Assembly: GCA_964655465.1 (NCBI GenBank)
Contig: CAZZND010000004.1
Span: forward strand, 1 to 42,409
Direction of reading: 5' to 3'
Length of the DNA: 42,409 nucleotides
Source of the DNA: an uncultured Actinomycetes bacterium
Lineage (GTDB): Bacteria > Actinomycetota > UBA4738 > HRBIN12
Shown here: positions 1 through 9,076 of the stretch, piece after piece
How positions within the stretch are numbered: position 1 is the first letter of the stretch
Layout of the letters: each line of letters starts with the position of its first letter
Made by a program: the position numbers and the translations under genes
The notes under the pieces: generated by a model
The model's input: only the letters and a program-made list of their open reading frames with translations
Told to the model about the DNA's origin: nothing
The model's database searches: none

Positions 1-150
1 GGGCAGGGCCTCGTCCTCGCTGCCCGACAACGCGATCTCCCGGCGATCCAGGGCTACACGCTGCTGTTCGCGCTGATCGTGGTCGCCGTGTACCTGATCG
101 CCGACATCTTCACGGTGATGGTCGATCCTCGCGTGGAGATCGAGTCATGA
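1..150 (+). CDS. ABC peptide/nickel-type transporter permease, C-terminal fragment (5' end outside window)
   Basis: Frame 1 is open from base 1 to TGA 148-150. It translates to ...IQGYTLLFALIVVAVYLIADIFTVMVDPRVEIES: a last TM helix plus the D-P-R tail typical of DppB/OppB-like permeases. ATGA overlap with the next permease start at 147. Confidence 0.75.
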   Translation, partial: GQGLVLAARQRDLPAIQGYTLLFALIVVAVYLIADIFTVMVDPRVEIES

Positions 151-1016
151 GCCTCGCCGACGACCTCACGAGGGAGCAGGCGACGACGGAGCAGCCCCAC
201 GATCTGGTGGTCGAGAGACAGCGCGTGCCCGGCCGAGTCTGGGTAGGACTCGCGATCGTCGTCGCGTACGTAGGGGTTGCAGTGTTCGCCCCGGTGCTGG
301 CTCCGTACGATCCGCTTGCGATAGATCCGCTGGACGCGCTCGCGTCGCCAAGCTCGGCTCACCTGATCGGCACCGACGAGCTCGGGCGAGACGTGCTGTC
401 GCGACTGATCTTCGCCGCGCGGGTCGACCTTCTCGTGGGTTTCCTCGGGGCGTTGCTACCCGCGGTCCTCGGCACGGTGCTCGGGGCGATCGCCGCGTAC
501 CGCGGAGGGTGGCGGGACTCGCTCACGATGCGGACCGCCGATGTCGTTCAGGCGTTCCCCACGTACATCCTCATCATCGCGCTCGTGTTCGCGCTCGGTC
601 AAGGGATGGCGTCGATCCTCGTCGCGTTCACCATCATCGCCTGGGTCGCCTACGCGCGACTCATCCGGAGCGAGATCCTGCGGATCCGCGGGTTGGGCTA
701 CGTCGAGGCGGCACGCGCCGCTGGCTTGCCGTCCAGGCGGATCCTCTGGCTCCACATCTTCCCCAACGCCGCGGGTCAAACGCTCGTGTACATGCCTTCC
801 GACATCGTGATCGCCACGCTGGGCCTCGCCGCCCTGTCGTTCCTCGGTCTCGGGATCCGCCCACCCACGCCGGAGTGGGGGGCGATGATCGCGGCCGGCC
901 AGCCCTACATCCGTGACCAGTGGTGGCTGTCGACCGTGCCGGGTCTCGTGGTGGTCGGGTTCGGCCTAGGTCTCAGCCTCATCGGCGAAGGGATCGAGGA
1001 GTGGACACGACGCTGA
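147..1016 (+). CDS. ABC peptide/nickel-type transporter permease (DppC/OppC-like)
   Basis: 289-aa ORF with several hydrophobic helices. EAA-loop motif VEAARAAGLPSRRILWLHIFPNA of binding-protein-dependent permeases. Translationally coupled to its neighbours. Confidence 0.9.
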   Translation: MSLADDLTREQATTEQPHDLVVERQRVPGRVWVGLAIVVAYVGVAVFAPVLAPYDPLAIDPLDALASPSSAHLIGTDELGRDVLSRLIFAARVDLLVGFLGALLPAVLGTVLGAIAAYRGGWRDSLTMRTADVVQAFPTYILIIALVFALGQGMASILVAFTIIAWVAYARLIRSEILRIRGLGYVEAARAAGLPSRRILWLHIFPNAAGQTLVYMPSDIVIATLGLAALSFLGLGIRPPTPEWGAMIAAGQPYIRDQWWLSTVPGLVVVGFGLGLSLIGEGIEEWTRR

Positions 1017-2008
1017 GCGCGCCTCTGCTCACCGTCGACGACCTCAGGGTCCATCTCACACTGGGGGACCGGCGGATCACCCCAGTGGACGGGGTGTCCT
1101 TCACGGTCAGGCCAGGCGAGGCGCTGGGAATCGTCGGCGAGTCGGGGTCAGGCAAGAGCCTCACCCTGAGATCCATCGTCGGGTTGTTGCCGCCCGGAGG
1201 GGAGATCGAGGGCGACGTCCGCTTCTCCTTCCGGGACGGAACGCCGGGTGGGGACGGAACGCTGGATGCCGCGACTCCCGAGGACGTGCGGGGCCGTGGC
1301 GTCGCCATGATCTTCCAGGAACCGATGACCGCCCTCAACCCGACGATGCGGGTTGGTGACCTGATCGCGGAGGGGGCGCGTGGACGCGGAGGGCTCTCCC
1401 GCGCCGCCGCTCGTCGGCGGGCAGTGGAGCTCCTGCGATCTGCCGGCGTTCCGGATCCCGGAAGGCGTGCACGGATGTGGCCCCACGAGCTGTCGGGGGG
1501 GTTGCGTCAACGCGTGATGATCGCCGCCGCGCTCTCGACGGAGCCCGAGCTCCTCCTCTGCGACGAGCCGACGACCGCGCTGGACGTCACGATCCAGGAC
1601 CAGATCCTCGGGCTGCTCGCGCAACTGCGCGGGGATCTCGGGATGGCGATCGTGTTCGTCACCCACGATCTTCCGGTGATCGCCGAGGTCTGCGACAGGA
1701 TCGCCGTGATGTACGCGGGCCGGATCGTTGAGTTCGGAGACGTCGATGACGTGCTCGCGCGTCCGCGTCACCCGTACACGGCGGCGCTGCTCGACTCGGC
1801 GCCGTCGTTCCATGGCGGCTCAGAGCGGCTCGACGCGATCGGAGGGATGCCCCCGGATCCGAGAGCGTTCCCGCCAGGATGCCGATTCGCACCGCGTTGC
1901 CGATTCGCTCGCGACGACTGTCGTGACGCGCCGCACCAGCTGATCCCTTACGAAGGCCGGCCGACCGCCTGTATCCACCCCGAGGTGCTCGAAGGGGCAG
2001 GGCCGTGA
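1001..2008 (+). CDS. Oligopeptide/dipeptide ABC transporter ATP-binding protein (DppD/OppD-like)
   Basis: Walker A GESGSGKS, signature LSGGLRQR, Walker B LLLCDEPTTALD, C-terminal RHPYTAALL oligopeptide domain. The track ORF starts at 920 inside the permease. In-frame GTG 1001 (VDTTLSAPLLTVDDL) is the more plausible start. Confidence 0.9.
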   Translation: MDTTLSAPLLTVDDLRVHLTLGDRRITPVDGVSFTVRPGEALGIVGESGSGKSLTLRSIVGLLPPGGEIEGDVRFSFRDGTPGGDGTLDAATPEDVRGRGVAMIFQEPMTALNPTMRVGDLIAEGARGRGGLSRAAARRRAVELLRSAGVPDPGRRARMWPHELSGGLRQRVMIAAALSTEPELLLCDEPTTALDVTIQDQILGLLAQLRGDLGMAIVFVTHDLPVIAEVCDRIAVMYAGRIVEFGDVDDVLARPRHPYTAALLDSAPSFHGGSERLDAIGGMPPDPRAFPPGCRFAPRCRFARDDCRDAPHQLIPYEGRPTACIHPEVLEGAGP

Positions 2009-3051
2009 CGCAGCTGCTCGAGGCGCGGGGGCTGTGCGTGAAGTTCAGGGCAGGATCTGCCCTCGCGGCTCGCGTCCGCGGTCGGCCGGCTCCGGCGATC
2101 GTCGCGATCGATGGGGTCGACCTGGCGGTCGAGCGGGGCGCCTCGGTCGGGATCGTGGGGGAATCGGGGTGCGGTAAGTCGACGCTGGCGAGGGCGTTGA
2201 TCGGTCTCGTCCCCCTCGCCAGCGGATCGATCGTTTTCGATGGCTCGCCACTCGGCGATCGGCGGGACCGCGCGACGATGCGTCGTATCCAGATGGTCTT
2301 CCAGGATCCGGGCTCTTCCCTGAACCCCTCACGGACCGTGGAGCAGACCCTCACCGAGCTGCTGCGTGTGCACCGGATGGTGCCTGCGGATCGGGTCCGG
2401 TCGCGCGCCGGCGAGCTCTTGGAGCTGGTCGAGCTGCCGCCGTCGCTCCTCGCCGCCTATCCTCGCCGCCTCTCCGGCGGCCAGCGGCAACGTGTCGGCA
2501 TCGCGCGTGCGCTCGCGCTCGAGCCCGACATCCTGATCGCCGACGAGGCGGTCGCGGCCCTCGACGTGTCGGTACAGGCGGCGGTCCTGAACCTCCTCGC
2601 GAAGCTCCGGCAGGATCTCGGCCTGACTCTCCTGTTCATCTCCCACGACCTGGCCGTGGTCCGTCACATCAGCGAACGTGTCATCGTGATGTACCTCGGT
2701 CGGGTGGTCGAGGATCGCCCCACAGAAGATCTGTTCGCCGACCCGCGCCATCCATACACCGCTGCGCTGATGGCAGCTGCGCCCAGGTTGGGCGCGAAGA
2801 AACGATCCGGCGAGGCGGCCCTTCCAGGTGAGCCACCGAGTCTGCTGGTGATCCCCTCGGGATGTCGCTTCCATCCCCGATGCCCCCTCGCGCAGGAGAT
2901 CTGCCGCGAGGTCGATCCCGAACTGGCGGGTCCTTCACCCACGCAGCGGGCAGCATGCCATTTCGCGTGGACCGCTCCGGGCGATGACCCGCCGGCGGAT
3001 CCTGGTCCCCGATCGTCCGCACCGAGGGGACCTGCCAGGCTAGGCTCGTAG
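2005..3051 (+). CDS. Oligopeptide/dipeptide ABC transporter ATP-binding protein (DppF/OppF-like)
   Basis: Walker A GESGCGKST, LSGGQRQR, ILIADEAVAALD, RHPYTAAL. GTGA start/stop overlap with the upstream ATPase. Confidence 0.9.
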   Translation: MTQLLEARGLCVKFRAGSALAARVRGRPAPAIVAIDGVDLAVERGASVGIVGESGCGKSTLARALIGLVPLASGSIVFDGSPLGDRRDRATMRRIQMVFQDPGSSLNPSRTVEQTLTELLRVHRMVPADRVRSRAGELLELVELPPSLLAAYPRRLSGGQRQRVGIARALALEPDILIADEAVAALDVSVQAAVLNLLAKLRQDLGLTLLFISHDLAVVRHISERVIVMYLGRVVEDRPTEDLFADPRHPYTAALMAAAPRLGAKKRSGEAALPGEPPSLLVIPSGCRFHPRCPLAQEICREVDPELAGPSPTQRAACHFAWTAPGDDPPADPGPRSSAPRGPARLGS

Positions 3052-3075
3052 CTCCATGAGCAGGGGAAGCACCCA

Positions 3076-3678
3076 GTGACCAAGCGGCGTGCGAAAGGGA
3101 AGGCCCGCGAGGACCTGGTCGTCGGCGCCGCCTCCCAAGCGATCGCGGAGCTCGGCCTCGCGAACGTTCGCGTCTCGGATGTCGCCGAGCGAGCGGGGAT
3201 GAGCCCCGGCCATGTCACGTACTACTTCCCCTCGAAGACGGACCTGCTGATGCAGGCGATCCGCCAGAGCGAGGGATCGCTCTCGGAGCTCGTCGCCGAG
3301 GAGATCCAGCGGATCCGCGACCCCTGGAAGCGCCTCGACAGGCTCGTCGAGCTCTCCGCCGCGAACGGCCGAGGCGACCAAGGGTGGGTGCTCTGGTTCG
3401 AGGTGTGGTCGAACGCCGCGCTCGATCCTGACGTCGCCCTGGTCCATGACGAGCTCGACAGCCGCTGGCGGGCCATCCTGAGCGACGTCATCAGGTACGG
3501 CTGCGAACGGGGAACATTCGAGACCGAAGACCCCGACGAGACCGCGCGTCTGCTGTCGGCGCTGATCGACGGGCTGTCGATCCAACTGACCCTGGGGTCC
3601 CCCGGCCTGAACCGAGACGATCTGCTCCATCTCTGTCACGAGGCGGCTCGCGCCCATCTGTCGCCGACCTCCCGCTAG
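3076..3678 (+). CDS. TetR/AcrR family transcriptional regulator
   Basis: 200 aa. N-terminal HTH VSDVAERAGMSPGHVTYYFPSKTDLL. The TAG stop (3676-3678) sits inside the CTAG that abuts the IS element. Confidence 0.9.
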   Translation: MTKRRAKGKAREDLVVGAASQAIAELGLANVRVSDVAERAGMSPGHVTYYFPSKTDLLMQAIRQSEGSLSELVAEEIQRIRDPWKRLDRLVELSAANGRGDQGWVLWFEVWSNAALDPDVALVHDELDSRWRAILSDVIRYGCERGTFETEDPDETARLLSALIDGLSIQLTLGSPGLNRDDLLHLCHEAARAHLSPTSR

Positions 3679-3693
3679 GAGACTGCTGAACAA
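3679..3693. repeat. IS terminal inverted repeat (left in window coordinates)
   Basis: GAGACTGCTGAACAA is the exact reverse complement of 5386-5400. The match extends to 19 bp if the flanking palindromic CTAG is counted. Confidence 0.85.
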
Positions 3694-3814
3694 CCGGCAT
3701 CTGGGGAGGCTGCGGCGCCTTCATCGACCTCACGGAGCGCCGCAGACGCGTCGAACATCGAAGGTGGCAGCGATCGGGCGGGATCCTGCCTTGGGAGGTG
3801 GGGGCATCCGTGCC

Positions 3815-5335
3815 TCAGGTCGCCAGGATCCATCCCCCGTCGTGGTCCAGGCCCATGTTGATGAGCCGTCGCAGGTTGATCGCGGCAACGCGCATCGAGA
3901 ACCCGAGCTGGTTGCGGGCCACACCCCGGTAGCGGACCCGACGGTGACCGCGTGCGACCGCCCAGGCGATCGAGCGCTCCACCATCGGTCGATGCGTGCG
4001 GTAGGAGTCTTGGAACTGCGGTGTCGCGGCGTCGTGACGCGCGGCGTGCATGAGGGCGTGATGCGGGTGGACGTGCAGGACCCGACCATGTTCGGAGCGG
4101 GTGCATCGCTCCCGCAGCGGACAGCTCCGACATCGGTTCCCGAAGCTTGCGCTGCCCCTTGGGGCGATCGGGACCGTGCGATCAGCAGGACAGGTCACGG
4201 TGCGCGCCGCGGTGTCGATCGTGAAGTCGTCGATGGTGAACCCGTCGGGCACGGCGGAGCGCAGCGGGATGGGTCTGATCGTGGCGCGGTGATGGGCGTG
4301 GGCGAGTGCGGCGCGGGTCTCGCCGGAGCCGTAGGCGGAGTCGGCGAGCACCTCGATCCCCGGCGCCTCCGCCTCGAGCAGGGCCACCCCGGTGGGGCCG
4401 TCGGGGGCGTTGGCCGGGGTGAGCGCCGCGGCGGTGACGATCCCGGTTGTGGGCTCCACCGCGATGTGGGCCTTGTAGCCGTCGCGGTAGTGCGACACCG
4501 ACTTGTGCATGTGGCGGGCCTCGGGGTCCACCGTGGAGATGACCCGGTCGGGAGCCACCCGCTGGGCGATCCGCCAGGTGCCCGGGTCCTGCCCGGGCTC
4601 GACGTCTTGGCCCGCCACCAGGGCGAGCAGACCCACGGCGTCGTGTTGGTCCGCGGTGAGTGGGGCGTCCCCGAGAGCCTCGACCAGGCGCAGGGCGTCG
4701 GTGACCAGGGCGCTCACCAGAGCATCCTTGGCCACGGGGTCGTCCCAGGCGATGACCGGCTTGGCGCCGGCCTCGTAGTCGTGGGCGGTGAGGGCCACCT
4801 CGGCGGCGACCGGGACCTCGCGGCGGACCCGGCGGATGGCCGAGATGATCTGGGTCACGGTGTCCTGGGTGGCCACGGCATCGTCGAGCAGCGTGGAGTC
4901 AAGCGCTCGGCGGGTCCTGGCCTTCAAGACCCCGGTCGCCTCGACCACCGACCGCACCACCTCGAAGATCCGCTCGGGGTGCTCGGATGCCCGCAGACGG
5001 TTCCGCCAGTAGGTGAGGACCGTGGGATGGAACCCCTCCTCGTCCAGGGACAGGCCGCAGGCCACCTTCCAGCTGATGCGGTCGGTGAGGGCTCGAGCGG
5101 CGTCGCGGTCGGACAGGCCCTCCAGGGCCTGGAGCACCATGACCGAGGCGATGACGTCGCCCGGGACCGACGGCCGCCCCCGACCCGAGGGGAACAGGTC
5201 GGCGAACAGCTCGTCGGGGAACAGCTCGTGGCGGTGATCGGCCAAGAAGCTCTCGACGCTGCCCACGGGCACGAGCTTGCGGCAAAGAGCGGCCGCATCC
5301 AGCAGTTCACGGTTGGGATCGCTTCGTCCTTGCAT
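3815..5335 (-). CDS. IS1182-family DDE transposase
   Basis: The N-terminus MQGRSDPNRELLDAAALCRKLVPVGSVESFLADHRHELFPDELFADLFPSGRGRPSVPGDVIASVMVLQALEGLSDRDA resembles actinobacterial IS1182-type transposases as I remember them. A Cys-rich C-terminal region is present. The track ORF extends to GTG 5374; ATG 5335 is preferred. Confidence 0.85.
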   Translation of the reverse strand: MQGRSDPNRELLDAAALCRKLVPVGSVESFLADHRHELFPDELFADLFPSGRGRPSVPGDVIASVMVLQALEGLSDRDAARALTDRISWKVACGLSLDEEGFHPTVLTYWRNRLRASEHPERIFEVVRSVVEATGVLKARTRRALDSTLLDDAVATQDTVTQIISAIRRVRREVPVAAEVALTAHDYEAGAKPVIAWDDPVAKDALVSALVTDALRLVEALGDAPLTADQHDAVGLLALVAGQDVEPGQDPGTWRIAQRVAPDRVISTVDPEARHMHKSVSHYRDGYKAHIAVEPTTGIVTAAALTPANAPDGPTGVALLEAEAPGIEVLADSAYGSGETRAALAHAHHRATIRPIPLRSAVPDGFTIDDFTIDTAARTVTCPADRTVPIAPRGSASFGNRCRSCPLRERCTRSEHGRVLHVHPHHALMHAARHDAATPQFQDSYRTHRPMVERSIAWAVARGHRRVRYRGVARNQLGFSMRVAAINLRRLINMGLDHDGGWILAT

Positions 5336-5385
5336 GCTCGCAGTTTCGCGGTCGGGGTTCGTGACCGCGAGCACCCCGGGGCGAT

Positions 5386-5400
5386 TTGTTCAGCAGTCTC
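5386..5400. repeat. IS terminal inverted repeat (right in window coordinates)
   Basis: TTGTTCAGCAGTCTC is the exact reverse complement of 3679-3693. Confidence 0.85.
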
Positions 5401-5489
5401 CTAGCCGCCGAGCACCGTTCAAGGAATCTAGGATGCGGTCCGATAATCAGAAGGTGAGCAGGAGCGCTGAGCGACGGTAGGAGGATACG

Positions 5490-6638
5490 GTGGATCAGAC
5501 GCGTGAGGCCGGACGACGGCAGGGTCGGTCAGCGCGGGAGCTCTCGCGAAGAGCCTTCCTCGCGGCGGCGGGTGCGGGTGCTGCCGGCGTCCTCCTCTCC
5601 TCCACTGTAGGTCGGATCCCGATCGCGTTGGCCGCCACGTTCCGGGTGCCGCTCGAGGATGTGCCGCACAAGCGCACGTGGATGGCCTGGCCCTCCAGTT
5701 GGGACATCTGGGGGAACTGGCTCGGCGGCGTGCAAAACGACGTCGCTCTCGTCGCGCGGACGATCGCCCGGTACGAGCCCGTCATCATGTGCGCCACCAG
5801 CGACGCCGCCGCGTCGGCCGCCAGGCGCAAGTGCGGCGCTACGGTCAAGGTCATCTCGTCGATCCCCGTGAACGACTGCTGGATGCGGGACAGCGGACCC
5901 GTCTTCCGCCGGACACGCAACGGTGCGCGCGACGCCATCGGGCTCAACTTCAACGGGTGGGGCGGCAAGCAGACGGTGACGAAGGACAAGGATGTCGCCG
6001 AACGGGTCGCGGCGCGTGCAAGGGTGCCCTTCCGGGAGGTCAACTTCGTCGGTGAGGGCGGCGCGATCGAGAGCGACGGTCATGGCACGGTGATGGCGAC
6101 CGAGAGCAGCCTCGTCAACGCGAACCGCAACCCGGGCATGACGAAGGCGCATATAGAGGCCGCGGTGCTTGCGGCCTACGGCGCCTCGAAGATGATCTGG
6201 GTACCCGGCATCAGGGGCAAGGACATCACCGACGACCACATCGACGCCACCTCGCGGTTCGTGCGCCCCGGGGTCGTGATGGTCCAAGTGCCGCCTGCCT
6301 GGCGGAAGGACATCTGGGCCGACGATGCGCGCCAGCAGCTGGGCATCCTGTCGAACGCGACCGACGCGAAGGGGCGGAGGCTCGAGGTCATCGAGATGGC
6401 GGGCCCGGACACCGTGCGACCGAACTCGCCCGACTTCGTCGACTCCTACGTCAACTTCGCGCTCACCAACGGCGCCGTGATCACGGCGCAGTTCGGGGAC
6501 GAGGCGAAGGACGCGGCGTGCCGCGAGACCCTGACGGTGGCGTTCTCCGGCCGAAAGGTCGAACAGCTGAACCTGGATCGCCTCCATCTCGGTGGCGGCG
6601 GCGTTCACTGCATCACCCAGCAGGAGCCTTCGCCCTAG
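5490..6638 (+). CDS. Agmatine deiminase / Porphyromonas-type peptidyl-arginine deiminase family protein with twin-arginine signal peptide
   Basis: C-terminal catalytic motif GGGVHCITQQEP. N-terminal Tat motif SRRAFLAAAGAGAAGVLL...ALAATF. GGAGGA lies 5 nt upstream of GTG 5490. Confidence 0.85.
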   Translation: MDQTREAGRRQGRSARELSRRAFLAAAGAGAAGVLLSSTVGRIPIALAATFRVPLEDVPHKRTWMAWPSSWDIWGNWLGGVQNDVALVARTIARYEPVIMCATSDAAASAARRKCGATVKVISSIPVNDCWMRDSGPVFRRTRNGARDAIGLNFNGWGGKQTVTKDKDVAERVAARARVPFREVNFVGEGGAIESDGHGTVMATESSLVNANRNPGMTKAHIEAAVLAAYGASKMIWVPGIRGKDITDDHIDATSRFVRPGVVMVQVPPAWRKDIWADDARQQLGILSNATDAKGRRLEVIEMAGPDTVRPNSPDFVDSYVNFALTNGAVITAQFGDEAKDAACRETLTVAFSGRKVEQLNLDRLHLGGGGVHCITQQEPSP

Positions 6639-6644
6639 CGCGTC

Positions 6645-6660
6645 CGTCGAGGGATCGACG
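6645..6660 (+). terminator. Short hairpin just downstream of the deiminase gene (weak terminator candidate)
   Basis: CGTCGA-GGGA-TCGACG: a 6-bp stem with a GNRA-type loop, 7 nt after the stop. No U-tract. Confidence 0.25.
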
Positions 6661-6804
6661 AGGCTGGATGTGGAGGTGTGGGAGCTACCCCTCTTGGCAC
6701 GTGGCGACTCCCAGATCCGTCGCCCATCGTGGCTTCCCACAGGGGTTTGCGAACATCCCCTGCTGGCCGTCCGGCCCGATCCCTGAGAAGATCCCCGCCA
6801 ACGT

Positions 6805-7812
6805 ATGCCGATGCTCCCGTTCTCGTTCCGTGCGCTGCAGGAGCTCGACCTCGGTGCGAAGTGGCAGGCCGTGTTCGAGGAGAAGTGGCCGCACTACAAG
6901 ACGTGGTTCCTGCGCGAAGGTGAGGCCGCGCGCCCCTCGTACGCGACGAGCGTGCGCATGCTCCGCGCTCACATGCCCGAGCTGATGCCCGCGTACGAGC
7001 GGGCGGTCGAGCTCGCGGGTGGTGGCGACCTGGCGGCGCGCATGCTGTCCCTGTACAAGCCGCCGCCGTACCTCGCAGCGTGTTCCCAGGGCGTCTGGAC
7101 GCGCGAGGGCGGTCCCGTGCTGGTGCGGAACTATGACTACGCGCCGTCGCGGTTCGAAGGCATCGTGTGGCATACGCGGCTGCTCGAGAAGCAGGTGATC
7201 GGGATGACCGACTGTCTGTGGGGGCTGCTCGACGGCATGAACGACGACGGTCTCGCGGTGTCGCTCACGTTCGGCGGGCGCCGCGTGCTGGGCGACGGGT
7301 TCGGCATCCCGATCGTGATGCGTTACCTGCTGGAGACGTGCGCGACCGTCGAAGAGGCGCGGGCGACGCTCGCCCGGTTGCCGTACTCGCTCAGCCACAA
7401 CCTGACGATCGTCGATCGCACCGGCGAGGTGCTGACGGCCTACCTGTCGCCCGACCGCGAGCCGATCTTCCGCGCGTTCCCCGCGGCCACCAACCATCAG
7501 GGCATCGTGGAATGGCCCGAGCAGGCGCAGGCGACACGGACCATCGAGCGCGAGCGAACGATCGTCCGCTTGCTCGACGATCCAGAGGTGGACGCGGCCG
7601 GGTTCACGGTCGCGTTCCTGCGCGCGCCTCTGTTCTCGACGGCCTACGCCCATGGGTTCGGCACGCTGTACACGGCCGTGTACCGGGCGGCCGAAGGCGT
7701 CACCGAGGTGCGCTGGCCGTCGTCGTCGTGGCAGCTGTCGTTCGACGGCTACGAGGATATGGAGCACACCGAGGTGCTCGCCGAGCCCTCGTTCACCGAA
7801 GCATCCGGCTGA
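6805..7812 (+). CDS. C45-family Ntn hydrolase / acyl-CoA:6-APA acyltransferase-like protein
   Basis: 335 aa. Candidate autoprocessing site ...PPYLAAC|SQGVW. VRNYDY and GMNDDGLAVSL blocks recall C45 acyltransferase/hydrolase proteins. Confidence 0.7.
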   Translation: MPMLPFSFRALQELDLGAKWQAVFEEKWPHYKTWFLREGEAARPSYATSVRMLRAHMPELMPAYERAVELAGGGDLAARMLSLYKPPPYLAACSQGVWTREGGPVLVRNYDYAPSRFEGIVWHTRLLEKQVIGMTDCLWGLLDGMNDDGLAVSLTFGGRRVLGDGFGIPIVMRYLLETCATVEEARATLARLPYSLSHNLTIVDRTGEVLTAYLSPDREPIFRAFPAATNHQGIVEWPEQAQATRTIERERTIVRLLDDPEVDAAGFTVAFLRAPLFSTAYAHGFGTLYTAVYRAAEGVTEVRWPSSSWQLSFDGYEDMEHTEVLAEPSFTEASG

Positions 7813-7822
7813 GGAGCACCCG

Positions 7823-8227
7823 GTGCGGTCCAGCGCACTGCAGATCGACACCACGGGTCGGCGCGTCGTCGATCTGACCGCCGAGGTCCGTTCGTTCGCC
7901 CGTGAGGCGGGGGGCGACGGTCTCCTCCAGGTGTTCGTCCCGCACGCGACCGCCGGAGTCGCGTTGATGGAGACCGGGAGCGACTCCGAGCCCGACCTCG
8001 ACGAGTTGCTCGAACGGCTGCTGCCTCGCGACGAGCGCTACAGGCACCGGCACGGCAGCGTCGGTCACGGCGGGGACCACCTCCTTCCGGTCCTGGTGTC
8101 GCCGTCGCTCACGCTGCCGGTCCTCGACGGCGAGGTCCAGCTCGGTACATGGCAGTCGGTCGTGCTCGTCGACCCCAACCGCGAGAACGACCGACGCCAG
8201 GTACGGCTCAGCTTCGTCGCCGGGTAG
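7823..8227 (+). CDS. YjbQ/UPF0047 family protein (secondary thiamine-phosphate synthase-like)
   Basis: VRSSALQIDTTGRRVVDLTAEV...LQVFVPHATAGVALMETGSD...HGGDHLLPVLVSPSLTLPV..GEVQLGTWQSVVLVD matches the YjbQ fold pattern. The track ORF from 7652 overlaps the upstream gene. GTG 7823 is preceded by GAGGAG. Confidence 0.8.
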   Translation: MRSSALQIDTTGRRVVDLTAEVRSFAREAGGDGLLQVFVPHATAGVALMETGSDSEPDLDELLERLLPRDERYRHRHGSVGHGGDHLLPVLVSPSLTLPVLDGEVQLGTWQSVVLVDPNRENDRRQVRLSFVAG

Positions 8228-8236
8228 GGTCGCGTC

Positions 8237-9001
8237 GTGGACCTCTCCAGAGAGCAGGCGTTCGCCGTCGGACTGGCCGAGCTGGCCGCCGGGGTCTCCC
8301 TGCCTGCCTTCGGGGGCCGGCAGCGGGTCGAGCACAAGCATGACGGCACCCCGGTCACCGAGACCGACCACGCGATCGAGGATGCGCTCCGCGCTGCCAT
8401 CGAGGTGGCGTTCCCCGTGGACGGGGTGTTGGGTGAGGAGCGAGGCAGATCGGGTCCGCCGACGGCCGGACGTGTGTGGACCCTCGACCCTATCGACGGG
8501 ACGAAGAACTTCGCCGACGGCGTCGCTCTGTGGTCCACGTTGATCGCGCTCGTCGTCGACGGGGTACCCGTGCTCGGGCTGGTGGACGTCCCCGCGATCG
8601 GGGAGCGGTACGCCGCCGTGCAGGGTCACGGCGCGACGCGCAACGGGATCCCGATCCACGTGAGCGCCGTCGCGACGCTCGCTGATGCCGTCGTCGGACA
8701 CTCGGGGCTGGAGGAGTGGCGGCCCGGTCCCGAGCGAGAGGGCCTGCTCCGCGTCGTGGACGGGTGTCGTCGGACCCGGGGTCTCTCCGATGGCTGGGGG
8801 CACATGCAGGTCGCCGCAGGGGCCCTCGACGCGTGCCTCGAGCACGATCCGTGCGGCGAGTGGGACTGGGCGCCGGCGGTCACGATCGTCGGTGAGGCGG
8901 GTGGCCGCGTCACAGCACTCGACGGCACTCCGGTTGCGCCGCAGTGTGATCTGTTGGTCTCGAACGGCCATCTCCACGACGCGGTCCGTTCGATCCTCTG
9001 A
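8237..9001 (+). CDS. Inositol monophosphatase family protein (HisN-like histidinol-phosphatase candidate)
   Basis: Motifs GTPVTETDHAIE, VLGEE and WTLDPIDGTKNF of the IMPase superfamily. 254 aa. Confidence 0.85.
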   Translation: MDLSREQAFAVGLAELAAGVSLPAFGGRQRVEHKHDGTPVTETDHAIEDALRAAIEVAFPVDGVLGEERGRSGPPTAGRVWTLDPIDGTKNFADGVALWSTLIALVVDGVPVLGLVDVPAIGERYAAVQGHGATRNGIPIHVSAVATLADAVVGHSGLEEWRPGPEREGLLRVVDGCRRTRGLSDGWGHMQVAAGALDACLEHDPCGEWDWAPAVTIVGEAGGRVTALDGTPVAPQCDLLVSNGHLHDAVRSIL

Positions 9002-9040
9002 CCGCCCGCTCCCTTGCGCCCGGGTTGGATGACGGTTTAC

Positions 9041-9072
9041 GTTCCTCCCCATCCGTCTGCAAGGGGAGGAAC
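9041..9072 (+). promoter_or_regulatory. Perfect 10-bp hairpin that buries the Shine-Dalgarno of the solute-binding-protein gene
   Basis: GTTCCTCCCC (9041-9050) pairs with GGGGAGGAAC (9063-9072) around a 12-nt loop. The 3' arm contains GGAGGA, 5 nt upstream of GTG 9077. Confidence 0.5.
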
Positions 9073-9076
9073 GCGC

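Larger units (their letters stand above)
3679..5400 (-). mobile_element. IS1182-family insertion sequence (about 1.72 kb), apparently intact
   Basis: Perfect 15-bp terminal inverted repeats GAGACTGCTGAACAA (3679-3693) and TTGTTCAGCAGTCTC (5386-5400). CTAG flanks both sides (3675-3678 and 5401-5404). One long transposase ORF lies between the repeats. Confidence 0.85.

Noticed and set aside
3764-5404. 546-aa plus-strand ORF spanning the whole IS element, opposite the transposase
   Set aside because: The translation is low-complexity Gly/Arg/Val/Asp-rich with no motifs. It is the mirror frame of a recognisable IS1182-type transposase. Long antisense ORFs are expected in very GC-rich DNA because stop codons are rare.
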